Below are positions 15,836 through 25,071 of a DNA stretch of 64,000 nucleotides, piece by piece. The position numbers and the translations under genes are program-made. Position 1 is the stretch's first letter. Every line of letters begins with the position of its first letter. The notes under the pieces were generated by a model, which saw only the letters and a program-made list of their open reading frames with translations, was not told the origin of the DNA and searched no databases. This stretch comes from Actinomycetes bacterium (GTDB lineage: Bacteria; Actinomycetota; Acidimicrobiia; Acidimicrobiales; RAAP-2): contig JAJYYG010000054.1 in assembly GCA_021801235.1 (NCBI GenBank), positions 2,794 to 66,793 of the forward strand, given 5' to 3'.

Positions 15836-17935
15836 TCAGCCCGCGCAGGTGGTGGTGGTCGGCGGGCCGTTGGTGCCGGTCGTCCCGGTCGGCACGTACG
15901 GGTCGGGATTGGGACCGTTGGCGAACCGGTCGGCGATCCAGTGGATCATGTCGCCGGCGTACACCGGGATCACCCCGGCGTGGCTCTGGCCCGGGTAGAT
16001 CCACCGCTCCACGTCCTGGCCGATGGCGCACTCGTGCTGCTCGAGGAGCTGGGTGGTCACCGGCGGGATCTGGTGGTCGTTCCCGCCCTGGGGGATCAGC
16101 AGGGGCGCCGCGCTCGGCGTCGTGAAGTTCCCTGGGTCGTTGGCCTGCAACAGCGGCTTCCATGCCGGCACGGTGAACGGATCAGTGGGGACGATGGACT
16201 GCAGCGAGTACTTGTTCAACGTCGACTGCAGGAAGCCGTAGCAGCCCTGCCCGAGAATCGGGAGCAGCGACATCCCGGTCGGGGTGACCACGTCCGACAG
16301 CGGGGCGATGGCGTTGCCGTAGGCCACGTTCAGCCCGGCACCGGCCATGAACAGGTAGAACTGGTAGGGGCTTCCGTCGAGGAAGGCGTAGATGGCTTCG
16401 AACTGGGAGGGGGGCGCCCCGGCGACCACGCCCTTCAGGTGGAGCTCGGGTGCGTACGACGCGGCGATGTCCAACCCGAACATGGCCGTCTGGCCGCCCT
16501 CGGAGTGACCCCAGATGACGTAGTTGTCGCTGGCGTGGGCACCGGGGAGGAGCCGGGCGGCCCGCACCATGTCGATGGTGTTGCGGGCCGAGCTGACCCC
16601 GGCGAGGTAGGGCAGGATGCCCGGGGTCCCTTCGCCCTGGTAGTCGCTGGCCACCACCTCCCAGCCCTGGGCGAGCATGGTGTTCTGGACGCTGTCGGGT
16701 ACCGCCTGGGACGGGTCGAGGGACGGGGCGCACTGGGGGGCCATCCCGTTGGTGCCGTGCGCCCAGCTCACCACCGGGTACCCGCCGGCCGGGGGTGCCG
16801 TGGGCGGCACCATCACCAGGCCGGTGACCGCCACCGGACGGCCGAGCTCGGTCTCCGAAAGGTACATCACCAGATAGGTGGTCCCGTCGACGCCGGGCGA
16901 GGCCACCTGCTCGTACTTGATGATCGTGCCCGGGGGGCCCTGCGGGAGCTGGGTCGGCACCGCGTAGAACGACGGGAGGCCGGGAGCGAGGACCGACCCG
17001 GTGGTCGCCCCCGCCAGGGAGATGCCCACCACCGGCTTGCTCAGGGGGATCCCCCCCATCGACCCGCTGAAGGTCGCGTCCCCGAAGGCGAAGACGCCAC
17101 CGTCGGCGCCGACCAGCCAGTAGCCGTTGCCGTCGGCGGTGGAGGTCATCCCGACGATCGGCCGGTTGAGGTGCAGGGAGCCGGTCGAGCCGTGGAAGCC
17201 GGCATCGCCGAAGGCGAAGATGCCGCCGTCCGCGGCGACCAGCCAGTAGCCGTTCCCGGTGACCGACGACTGGATGCCCACGATGGGAGCGTTCAGGTGC
17301 ATGCCGCCGGTGGAGCCGTAGAACGTGGTGTCCGCGTAGTTGAAGCCGAAGGAGAAGACCCCGCCGTCGGAGCCGACCAGCCAGTAGCCGTTGCCGGTGG
17401 GGCTGGCCGCCATCCCCACGATCGGCGCGTTCAGGTGGGTGCCCCCCATCGAGCCGTAGTACCCGGCGTCCCCGAAGGCGAAGATGCCGCCGTCCGCGGC
17501 GACCAGCCAGTACCCCTTGCCGTCGTTGGACGGTGCCATCCCCACGATCGGCGCGTTCAGGTGGGTGCCTCCCATCGAGCCGTAGAAGCCGGCGTCGCCC
17601 ATGGCGAACACGCCGCCGTCGGAGGCGACCAGCCAGTACCCGGCCCCGTCGGGGGTGGGTGAGGACCCCACGATCGGAGCGTTGAGGCGCATGCCGCCGG
17701 TGGACCCGAAGTACCCGGCGGAGCCGAACGAGAAGATGCCACCGTCGGCGGCGACGAGCCGGTATCCCGACGCTTGCACATGGGCGGCCGGCGCCGCGGC
17801 CGGAACTGCAGCCGAGGCCGCGACGGGCGCCACGGCGACGACCGAAGCCGCGACCAGCGCCACGGCCAGCGCCGCTCCCGCCACGAGGTTCACTGTTCGC
17901 GACTGCAACCGACGACCACTGCGGCGATGTTCCAC
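15836..17935 (-). CDS. Secreted protein: six ~42-aa GYWLV..DGG.F.FGDA repeats fused to a LIP-family (secretory lipase) alpha/beta-hydrolase domain
   Basis: Re-called GTG at 17935 (VEHRRSGRRLQSRTVNLVAGAALAVALVAASVVAVAP..., a signal/anchor) inside track ORF 15836..20095. Six repeats follow. The C-terminal domain has the nucleophile elbow GHSEGG and the lipase-like GYPVVSWAHGT. Confidence 0.8.
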   Translation of the reverse strand: MEHRRSGRRLQSRTVNLVAGAALAVALVAASVVAVAPVAASAAVPAAAPAAHVQASGYRLVAADGGIFSFGSAGYFGSTGGMRLNAPIVGSSPTPDGAGYWLVASDGGVFAMGDAGFYGSMGGTHLNAPIVGMAPSNDGKGYWLVAADGGIFAFGDAGYYGSMGGTHLNAPIVGMAASPTGNGYWLVGSDGGVFSFGFNYADTTFYGSTGGMHLNAPIVGIQSSVTGNGYWLVAADGGIFAFGDAGFHGSTGSLHLNRPIVGMTSTADGNGYWLVGADGGVFAFGDATFSGSMGGIPLSKPVVGISLAGATTGSVLAPGLPSFYAVPTQLPQGPPGTIIKYEQVASPGVDGTTYLVMYLSETELGRPVAVTGLVMVPPTAPPAGGYPVVSWAHGTNGMAPQCAPSLDPSQAVPDSVQNTMLAQGWEVVASDYQGEGTPGILPYLAGVSSARNTIDMVRAARLLPGAHASDNYVIWGHSEGGQTAMFGLDIAASYAPELHLKGVVAGAPPSQFEAIYAFLDGSPYQFYLFMAGAGLNVAYGNAIAPLSDVVTPTGMSLLPILGQGCYGFLQSTLNKYSLQSIVPTDPFTVPAWKPLLQANDPGNFTTPSAAPLLIPQGGNDHQIPPVTTQLLEQHECAIGQDVERWIYPGQSHAGVIPVYAGDMIHWIADRFANGPNPDPYVPTGTTGTNGPPTTTTCAG

Positions 17936-17953
17936 GACGACCCTGCTCTCTCT

Positions 17954-17995
17954 GGCTCTGTTCTGCCGGCTCTGTTCTGCCGGCTCTGTTCTGCC
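17954..17995. repeat. 3 x 14-bp perfect tandem repeat GGCTCTGTTCTGCC
   Basis: Read directly as copies at 17954-17967, 17968-17981 and 17982-17995. It lies in the divergent spacer between the lipase gene (start 17935, minus) and the acyl-CoA dehydrogenase gene (start 18140, plus). Confidence 0.9.
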
Positions 17996-18139
17996 GGTCC
18001 GGCTCGGCCGACCCTTCCACGGGTCTACCACCGGTGCTGCGACCACCACCACTCCTGACGGCGGTTCCCCGGCGACCGCACCCCAGTCGACACTCGCCAC
18101 GCCCTTGGGGCGGCGCTCACCGCCGGGTAATGTCGGGCC

Positions 18140-19375
18140 ATGGACCTCACCTACCCCGCCGAAACGGAGCCGTTCCGATCGGAGATCCGCGCCTGGCTCG
18201 CCGACCACCTCCCCGCCGGGTGGGGCCAGCCCGGCTTCTCGATGACCCCGGATGAGAAGAAGACGTTCAACCGCGAATGGACGAAGACCCTCTTCGACGG
18301 TGGGTGGATCTGCGCCTCGTGGCCGAAGGAGTACGGGGGCAAGGGTCTCTCGCTGATGGAGTCGGTGGTGCTCAACGAGGAGTTCGCCCGGGCCGAGGCT
18401 CCCCTGCGGGCGGACTTCTTCGGCGACACCCTGGTGGGCCCGACCATCCTGCAGTGGGCGACCGAGGAGCAGAAGAAGCAGTTCATCCCCGGCATCCTCG
18501 ACGGGACCATCTCGTGGTGCCAAGGGTTCTCCGAGCCCGATGCCGGCAGCGACCTGGCGTCCCTCAAGACGCGGGCGGAGCCCGACGGGGACGAGTGGGT
18601 CATCAACGGGCAGAAGGTCTGGACCACCCAGGCCCAGTTCGCCGACTACATCTTCCTCCTGGCACGCACCGACCCGGACGCGCCCAAGCATGCCGGGATC
18701 TCCTACCTGCTGGTGCCGATGAAGCAGCCCGGCATCGAGGTGCGGCCGATCGAGCAGGTCGACGGGAGCGCCGACTTCAACGAGGTCTTCTTCGCCAACG
18801 CCCGCTGCCCGAAGGAGAACGTCGTCGGCGGGGTGAACAACGGATGGAAGGTGGCGATGACCACCCTCGGGTTCGAGCGCGGCTCCTCGGCCACCACCGG
18901 CCACCGGCGCTTCCTTCGGGAGCTCGACCAGATCATCGACGTGGCCCGCCAGAACGGGCGCCTCGCCGATCCCGTGGTCCGCCAGCGGTTGGCCGCGGCG
19001 TGGACCCGGGTGAAGATCATGGAGATCAACGGCTACCGGTCGCTCACCGACGCGCTCAACGGGACCCACCACATGGCCGCGCTCGGCGCCTGCAACAAGA
19101 TGTTCTGGTCCGAGCACCACAAGGAGACCATGGAGCTGGCCATCGACATCCTCGGGCTCGACGGACAGATCCTCACCGGGACCTACGACGACTCGGTCGA
19201 CGAGCGGGTCCGGCGGGGACGGGACGACTACCCGGTCAGCGATCTCCAGGCGTCGTTCTTCTTCTCCCGGTCGGAGACCATCTGGGGTGGGACCGCCGAG
19301 ATCCAGCGCAACATCGTCGGCGAGCGGGTGCTCGGCCTCCCCAAGGAGCCCAAGCCGGCGAGCGTCGGCGGCTGA
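18140..19375 (+). CDS. Acyl-CoA dehydrogenase family protein
   Basis: 411 aa. Motifs: GFSEPDAGSDLASLKTRA, WTTQAQFADYIFLLART, and the C-terminal GGTAEIQRNIVGERVLGLP. Confidence 0.9.
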   Translation: MDLTYPAETEPFRSEIRAWLADHLPAGWGQPGFSMTPDEKKTFNREWTKTLFDGGWICASWPKEYGGKGLSLMESVVLNEEFARAEAPLRADFFGDTLVGPTILQWATEEQKKQFIPGILDGTISWCQGFSEPDAGSDLASLKTRAEPDGDEWVINGQKVWTTQAQFADYIFLLARTDPDAPKHAGISYLLVPMKQPGIEVRPIEQVDGSADFNEVFFANARCPKENVVGGVNNGWKVAMTTLGFERGSSATTGHRRFLRELDQIIDVARQNGRLADPVVRQRLAAAWTRVKIMEINGYRSLTDALNGTHHMAALGACNKMFWSEHHKETMELAIDILGLDGQILTGTYDDSVDERVRRGRDDYPVSDLQASFFFSRSETIWGGTAEIQRNIVGERVLGLPKEPKPASVGG

Positions 19376-19461
19376 TCCCAACCGCGCTCGAACGGTCCCG
19401 GCGTCCCCTCCGTCCGGCGGCTGCCGTTGACCGGAGCGGCTGCCGCTGACCGGGGTTCGGT

Positions 19462-20760
19462 CTACGGCACCAGGGGTGCCGGCTCCGCCTCCACGGTCTC
19501 GACCGCCAGGCGCTCGGCCGCCCTGGCCGCGGCCGCCTGGACCCTGGTGCCCTGTGACGTGTGCCGCCAGGCCAGCGCGGCGGCGGACAGGACCGTGGCG
19601 GCCGCTCCGACCGCGATGGCGACGCGCGGGTTGGTCCACTGGGCGATCGCCCCGACCAGGGGGGCGCCGATCGGTGTGCTGCCCAGGAACGCCATGGCGT
19701 ACAGGGCCATGACCCGTCCACGCATGGCCGGGTCCGACTGGAGCTGGAGCGAGGCGTTGGCGGTGGCGATGAACCCGATCGACGCCGCCCCCATGAACAC
19801 GATCAGCACCAGAGCCACGGCCAGCGTCGGGGCGAAGGCCACGCCCCCGAGCAGCAGGCCGAACACCAGGGCGAGGGCCTGGAGGAGGCGGGCGGTCGGC
19901 CGCGCCCGGTGCGCCGCCAGGAGGCCGCCGACCACCGCTCCGACCCCCATGGCGGACGTCAGCAACGAGTAGGTGCCCGCCCCGCCGTGGAAGGTCGTCT
20001 TGGCCAGGAGTGCCAGGGTGACCTGGAAGTTGTAGGCGAAGACGCCGATGACTGCCATGGCGAGAAGGGTGTTGCGCAGCGGAGGGGTCCGCCACACGTA
20101 GCGGAACCCGTCCCGCACCTGGCCCTTCGCCCGCTGCACCGGTTCGGTCGGGTAGAGCTCCGCGCTCCGCATCATGGAGAGGCCGACCAGCACCGCCACA
20201 TAGGAGGCGGCGTTGACGAAGAAGCAGGCGGCCAGCCCGACGACGACGATCACCACCCCACCGATGGCCGGGCCGATCACCCGTGAGGCGTTCATCACGA
20301 CGGTGTTGAGGCTGACCGCGTTGGGGGTGTCCTCACGGCCGACCATCTCCATCACGAACGTCTGGCGGGCCGGGTTGTCGAACAGGTTGACCACCCCGAG
20401 CAGGGTGGCCAGCACGTAGACCTGCCAAAGCTCCACCACGTGAGCGGCGTCGAGCACGCCGAGGGCCAGCGCCAGGATGCCTCCGGCCGCCTGGGTGCAG
20501 TAGAGAAGGCGGCGCTTGTCGGCCCGGTCGGCGACCAGGCCGCCGAACGGGCCGAAGAGCAGCATGGGGAGGAACTGGAGCCCGGTCACGATGCCGAGGT
20601 CGACACCGCTGCCGGTGAGATGGAGGACGAGCCAGGCCTGGGCGATGGCCTGCATCCACGTCCCGGACACCGAGATGAGCTGGGCGGTGAAGTAGAGGCG
20701 GTAGTTCCGGACATGCAGCGACCGGAACGTCTGGTGCCAGGCGGCCCGGAACGCGGTCAC
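19462..20760 (-). CDS. MFS transporter (MFS_3 / EntS-like)
   Basis: 432 aa with about 12 hydrophobic segments. The N-terminus FRSLHVRNYRLYFTAQLISVSGTWMQ is typical of this MFS subfamily. It overlaps the marR-family stop by 4 nt. Confidence 0.85.
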   Translation of the reverse strand: MTAFRAAWHQTFRSLHVRNYRLYFTAQLISVSGTWMQAIAQAWLVLHLTGSGVDLGIVTGLQFLPMLLFGPFGGLVADRADKRRLLYCTQAAGGILALALGVLDAAHVVELWQVYVLATLLGVVNLFDNPARQTFVMEMVGREDTPNAVSLNTVVMNASRVIGPAIGGVVIVVVGLAACFFVNAASYVAVLVGLSMMRSAELYPTEPVQRAKGQVRDGFRYVWRTPPLRNTLLAMAVIGVFAYNFQVTLALLAKTTFHGGAGTYSLLTSAMGVGAVVGGLLAAHRARPTARLLQALALVFGLLLGGVAFAPTLAVALVLIVFMGAASIGFIATANASLQLQSDPAMRGRVMALYAMAFLGSTPIGAPLVGAIAQWTNPRVAIAVGAAATVLSAAALAWRHTSQGTRVQAAAARAAERLAVETVEAEPAPLVP

Positions 20761-21206
20761 CGCTCCCCCACCGCCGCCAGCTTCTCGACCAACCGGGTCA
20801 GCTCGCCCAGCGCCTCGCGCTCGTCCGGGGCCAGCCGGTGCAGCTGCTCCGCCAGAAAGACGTCCTTCAGGGACCGGTTCTGGTCGAGCACCACCCTGCC
20901 GGCCGGGCTGACCTCGACCCGCGTGACCCTCCGGTCCTCCGGATCGACCACCCGCCCGACGAGTCCCTGGGTCTCCAGGGCGGCGACGATCCGGGTCATC
21001 GACGGGGGCTGCACCGCCTCGGCCACCGCCAGCTCCCCCAGGGTCGGAGCCCCGAGGCGCTCGGTGGCCGCCAGGGCCGCCGCCTGGGACGGGGTCAGGC
21101 CGCCCACCGACTGCTGGCGGAGCCGGCGGTGCAAACGGGTCACCGCCAGGCGGAGCCGCGCCGCCAGCTCCATCTCCACCTCTTCCAACGTCCCTGTCTG
21201 CGCCAT
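20757..21206 (-). CDS. MarR-family transcriptional regulator
   Basis: 149 aa. Winged-helix block: LTPSQAAALAATERLGAPTLGELAVAEAVQPPSMTRIVAALETQGLVGRVVDPEDRRVTRVEVSPAG. Confidence 0.9.
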   Translation of the reverse strand: MAQTGTLEEVEMELAARLRLAVTRLHRRLRQQSVGGLTPSQAAALAATERLGAPTLGELAVAEAVQPPSMTRIVAALETQGLVGRVVDPEDRRVTRVEVSPAGRVVLDQNRSLKDVFLAEQLHRLAPDEREALGELTRLVEKLAAVGER

Positions 21207-21212
21207 CCCGTC

Positions 21213-21238
21213 AGTATAGTTAGTTCACCTAACTAACT
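21213..21238 (-). promoter_or_regulatory. AT-rich perfect inverted repeat AGTTAGTT-N5-AACTAACT overlapping a TATACT -10 box (probable MarR operator and leaderless promoter)
   Basis: Arms at 21218-21225 and 21231-21238. On the minus strand TATACT (21218-21213) lies 6 nt upstream of the marR-family ATG (21206). Confidence 0.55.
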
Positions 21239-21333
21239 CGACCGGGACGGCACCGACGGCCGGCACGTCACGATCCCGAGGGCACACGACACGATCCCGA
21301 AGGCACACCGCCGACCCTCGGAACAGTGGCCCC

Positions 21334-21729
21334 TCAGAAGCTGGGAACGTAGCCCCCGCGACCCATCGACTCGCTCTCGAACGGGTCCACCGACTCGTCC
21401 ACCCCCCCGAGCACCTCCGTCACCCACGGCAGGCGGTCGCGCAGGATGCGCTCCACCCCGCCCTGGAGGGTCGAGGCGCTGACGGCACAGGAGCTGCAGG
21501 CTCCCTGGAGCTGGACTTCGACGACCCCGCCCACCACGTCCGCCGCGACCAGTGCCAGGTCCCCCCCGTCCGCCTGCACCGCGGGTCGCATCAGGTCGAT
21601 GATCCCCTGTAGCTGCGCCAGCCGTTCCTCCTGCTCTTCCGGCGGGACCTGCGCCACCGCGCCGGGGGAACCTTCGTCACCGCCCGCCGTGCGGTCGGCT
21701 GGTCCGTCTTCGGTGGGGTCGCTGGCCAT
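21334..21729 (-). CDS. NifU C-terminal-domain (Nfu-type) Fe-S cluster carrier protein
   Basis: Re-called ATG at 21729 (MASDPTEDG...). Core: IIDLMRPAVQADGGDLALV...VQLQGACSSCAVSASTLQGGVERIL, with a CxxC motif. Confidence 0.8.
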   Translation of the reverse strand: MASDPTEDGPADRTAGGDEGSPGAVAQVPPEEQEERLAQLQGIIDLMRPAVQADGGDLALVAADVVGGVVEVQLQGACSSCAVSASTLQGGVERILRDRLPWVTEVLGGVDESVDPFESESMGRGGYVPSF

Positions 21730-21836
21730 GCCCCCAGTCTGCCGTGCCGGGAGGTCCGCCCGAACGCCGGCCCGGCCGCTCCCGACCCGGGCATCGGCAG
21801 CCGGTCCCGACGCGGCTACCATTGGTCGTGCCCGCA

Positions 21837-22904
21837 GTGCGACCACCAGTGACGACGGGTCCGCTCGGACTGGTGCTCCCGACCCTCCCCCAGCAGACCA
21901 CCCCGGCCTGGGCGGCGGCGGATGGCCACGGGGACCCGGGGGCGGAGCCCGCCGCCGGCGCTGGCGACGGGGCACCGGGGACCCCTGATCCCATCGCCGA
22001 GCTCGCGTCGGTCTGCGGGCAGGCGGAGGAGCTCGGAGCCGGGGCGCTGTGGGCCTGCGATCACCTCTTCTGGCACGGCCCGGTCCTCGAGAGCCTGGTG
22101 ACGCTGACCGTGGCCGCCACCGCCACCCGGCACACCACGCTCGGGACCTGTGTCGTCCAGCTGCCGATGAGGACGGCGACGGTGGTGGCCAAGCAGGCCG
22201 CGTCGCTCCAACAGCTCTCCCGGGGGCGGCTGGTCCTCGGTGTCGGCGTCGGTAGCCATGCGGGGGAGTACGAGCAGGCCGGTGCCGACTACGCCACGCG
22301 GGGGCGGCGCCTCGACGAGGGCATCGCCGAGCTCCGCCGCTCGTGGGGGACGGCTGCGGGGCTGACCCGCGGCGACCTGGAAGGCACGGCCGCCGACCGC
22401 TACCGCCAGCTCCCCGCAACCGCTCCCGTCCCGGTGTGGGTCGGCGGATCGTCAACCGCCGCGCTGGAGCGGGCGGCGGTGCTCGCCGACGGGTGGATCC
22501 CGCTCTTCCTCGACCGCAGCGAGTACGCGACCGCGATCGAACGCCTGGCGAAGGAGGTCGACCGGGCGGGCCGGCCCGCCGACGCGGTCACCCGCTCGAT
22601 GGTCCTCTTCGTGTCGGTCGACGATGACGCCGAGCGGGGGCGCAGGCGGGGCACCGCATGGATGTCCTCGCTCTACGGGATCCCCGCCAAGGCGTTCGAA
22701 CGCCACCTGGTGGCCGGGAGCGCGGCGTCGGTGGCGGAGACGGTCCACGGCTACCGGGAGGCCGGAGCGGAGCATGTGGCGGTGTACGTCACCGCTGATG
22801 CACCATTGGAGCAGTTCGCACGCCTGCGATCGGAGCTCGGTTCCGACGCGGACCGACGCGGACCGGGGGACGCCGGCCGGGACGCGACAGGAGACGCCAG
22901 ATGA
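21837..22904 (+). CDS. LLM-class (luciferase-like) flavin/F420-dependent oxidoreductase
   Basis: TIM-barrel LLM features: GLVLPTLPQ..., ELGAGALWACDHLF, LGTCVVQLPMR, RLVLGVGVGSH, and ADGWIP at the end. The start is uncertain; in-frame GTGs lie at 21837 and 21849, and the track start is 21744. Confidence 0.75.
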   Translation: MRPPVTTGPLGLVLPTLPQQTTPAWAAADGHGDPGAEPAAGAGDGAPGTPDPIAELASVCGQAEELGAGALWACDHLFWHGPVLESLVTLTVAATATRHTTLGTCVVQLPMRTATVVAKQAASLQQLSRGRLVLGVGVGSHAGEYEQAGADYATRGRRLDEGIAELRRSWGTAAGLTRGDLEGTAADRYRQLPATAPVPVWVGGSSTAALERAAVLADGWIPLFLDRSEYATAIERLAKEVDRAGRPADAVTRSMVLFVSVDDDAERGRRRGTAWMSSLYGIPAKAFERHLVAGSAASVAETVHGYREAGAEHVAVYVTADAPLEQFARLRSELGSDADRRGPGDAGRDATGDAR

Positions 22905-22931
22905 GACGCACCAGAGGAACGAGGGAACGCC

Positions 22932-24113
22932 ATGGATGACCCCGTACGCATCGTCGGCACCAGCATCACCCCGATGAACCGCCGCGACCGGACGGCCGAG
23001 GAGATGGCCCACCAGGTGGTGGCCGAGGCCCTGGCCGACGCCGGGGTCGACCCGGGCGCCGTCACCCTGGTGATCTTCGGCAACGCCACCGCCGGGCGGC
23101 TCCTCGACCAGGGCTGCATCCGGGGACAGTCGTTCCTGCGCGACGCCGGGCTGCGCAACGCGGGGATCCTCAACGTCGACAACTCGTGTGCGGGCGGATC
23201 GTCGGCGCTGCACATGGCCACCCTCGCCGCTCTCGCCGGCACCGGAACCGTGCTGGCCGTCGGGGTGGAGAAGATGTGGACCGGCGACCGGGCCGAGACG
23301 CTCGCCGGCATCGAGGACGGCGTCCCGCGTGACGACCGGATCCACATGCACGAGCTGCTCGAGAACCCCTCCGGCTCGGTGCTGATGGCCCTCAACGCGT
23401 CGTGGGCGAACGCCCTGATCGACGAGAGGGGCGCCACCCTCGAGCAGTTCGCCGCCGCCGCGGTCAAGGCCCGGCGGCACGGCGCGCTCAACCCGAACGC
23501 GCAGTTCCAGGCGGAGGTCACCGTCGACGACGTGCTGGGGTCCCCCGCCATCGTCGCCCCGCTCACCCGGCTGATGTGCTCGTCGTTCACCGACGGGGCC
23601 GCCGCCGCGGTGCTCGCGCGCTCCTCGGTCGCCGGCGCCCCCGTCGTCCGCAGCAGCACCGTCCGGTCCGGCAACGGCGACCTCGACTACCACGAGCGGC
23701 TGGCGGAGACGGCGGAGGCCGCCTGGGAGGAGGCCGGGGTTGACCCGGCCGACGTCGACGTGGTCGAGCTCCACGACGCCACCAGCCCCGAGGAGCTCTA
23801 CGCCCTGGAGGCACTGGGGTTCTTCAAGCCCGGCGACGCCGGGCCGGCCACCCTGGCCGGGGACACCACCGTCGGGGGCCGCGGCGTGACCGTCAACACG
23901 AGCGGCGGCCTGGTGGCCCGCGGCCACCCGCTCGGGGCCACCGGGATCGCCCAGGTGGTCGAGCTCGTCGACCAGCTCCGCGGCCAGGCCGGACGACGCC
24001 AGGTGCCCGGGGCGCGCCTCGCCGTCGCCGCCAACACGGGCGGCATGATCGGGTTCGACGGCAGACCGACCGACGCCGCCTTCATCGGCATCCACATCCT
24101 CGAGGCGGGCTGA
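22932..24113 (+). CDS. Thiolase-like protein (SCP-x / lipid-transfer-type thiolase)
   Basis: 393 aa. Active-site Cys region is NSCAGGSSALHMA. C-terminal motif is GGLVARGHPLGATGIAQ. Confidence 0.85.
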   Translation: MDDPVRIVGTSITPMNRRDRTAEEMAHQVVAEALADAGVDPGAVTLVIFGNATAGRLLDQGCIRGQSFLRDAGLRNAGILNVDNSCAGGSSALHMATLAALAGTGTVLAVGVEKMWTGDRAETLAGIEDGVPRDDRIHMHELLENPSGSVLMALNASWANALIDERGATLEQFAAAAVKARRHGALNPNAQFQAEVTVDDVLGSPAIVAPLTRLMCSSFTDGAAAAVLARSSVAGAPVVRSSTVRSGNGDLDYHERLAETAEAAWEEAGVDPADVDVVELHDATSPEELYALEALGFFKPGDAGPATLAGDTTVGGRGVTVNTSGGLVARGHPLGATGIAQVVELVDQLRGQAGRRQVPGARLAVAANTGGMIGFDGRPTDAAFIGIHILEAG

Positions 24114-24116
24114 GCC

Positions 24117-25064
24117 GTGGCGACCGCACCGAGGGGAGTCCGCGGCGGCGTCGTCACCGGATGGGGGATCGCCGTCCCCGACAAGGTCGTCACCAACGAC
24201 GACCTCTCCGCCACCATGGACACCAACGACGCCTGGATCCGCGAGCGGACGGGGATCCGCGAGCGCCGGATCGGCGGCACCACCTCCCAGCTGGCCATCG
24301 AGGCCGGTCTCGCCGCCCTGGAGCGGGCCGGGCGCCGGCCCGACGAGATCGACGCGGTCGTACTGGCGACCACCACCCCCGACCAGATCGTGCCAGGCAC
24401 CTCGGCCACCGTCCAGGACGGCATCGGGGTCCCGGGCGGCGCGTTCGACGTCAACGCAGCCTGCTCGGGCTTCGTCTACGCGCTGACCGTCGCCCACGGC
24501 CTGATCGCCCTCGGCGCCGAGCGGCTGCTGGTCATCGGCTCGGAGACCCTCAGCCGCATCACGGACTGGGACGACCGGTCCGTGGCCGTGCTGGTGGGGG
24601 ACGGGGCCGGGGCCGTGGTGCTGGAGGCGGTCGACGGGCCCGGCCAACTGCTCTCGTGGAACCTGGGGGCCGACGGGTCGCTGCGCCACCTGCTCATGTG
24701 CGACCACGGAGGATTCCTCTTCATGGACGGCAAGGAGGTCTTCCGCAAGGCCGTCCGGGTGGTGGTCGAGTCCGCCGAGCAGGCCATCGCCGAGGCCGGC
24801 CTGACCCCGGCCGACATCGCCCTCCTGGTGCCGCACCAGGCCAACCTCCGGATCATCTCCGCCGCCTGCCAGCGGCTCGGCATCCCCGAGGAGAAAGCGG
24901 TGGTGGTCATCGACCGGTACGGCAACACGTCGTCCGCGTCGATCCCGCTGGCGCTGGTCGACGCCCTGGAGACGGACCGGCTCCATCCGGGGGACAACGT
25001 GCTCCTCACCGGCTTCGGCGGGGGGATGACCTGGGCGAGCGCCGTGCTGCGCTGGGGCGGCTGA
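24117..25064 (+). CDS. fabH: Beta-ketoacyl-ACP synthase III
   Basis: 315 aa. Motifs: VTNDDLSATMDTNDAWIRERTGIRERR, catalytic Cys in ACSGFVYAL, HQANLRII, GNTSSASIPLAL. Confidence 0.9.
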   Translation: MATAPRGVRGGVVTGWGIAVPDKVVTNDDLSATMDTNDAWIRERTGIRERRIGGTTSQLAIEAGLAALERAGRRPDEIDAVVLATTTPDQIVPGTSATVQDGIGVPGGAFDVNAACSGFVYALTVAHGLIALGAERLLVIGSETLSRITDWDDRSVAVLVGDGAGAVVLEAVDGPGQLLSWNLGADGSLRHLLMCDHGGFLFMDGKEVFRKAVRVVVESAEQAIAEAGLTPADIALLVPHQANLRIISAACQRLGIPEEKAVVVIDRYGNTSSASIPLALVDALETDRLHPGDNVLLTGFGGGMTWASAVLRWGG

Positions 25065-25071
25065 CCGGCCG

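Noticed and set aside
13922-17662. Very long ORFs in the track that overlap annotated genes on the opposite strand or out of frame. Examples are 13922..17662 (+, 1246 aa), 43095..45644 (+, 849 aa), 46656..49184 (+, 842 aa), 27819..30230 (+, 803 aa), 7986..9752 (+) and 5401..6732 (-).
   Set aside because: Their translations are monotonous Arg/Pro/Gly/Ala/His strings with no recognisable motifs. The overlapping frames encode proteins with clear family signatures. Stop-codon paucity in ~70% GC DNA produces such shadow ORFs routinely.
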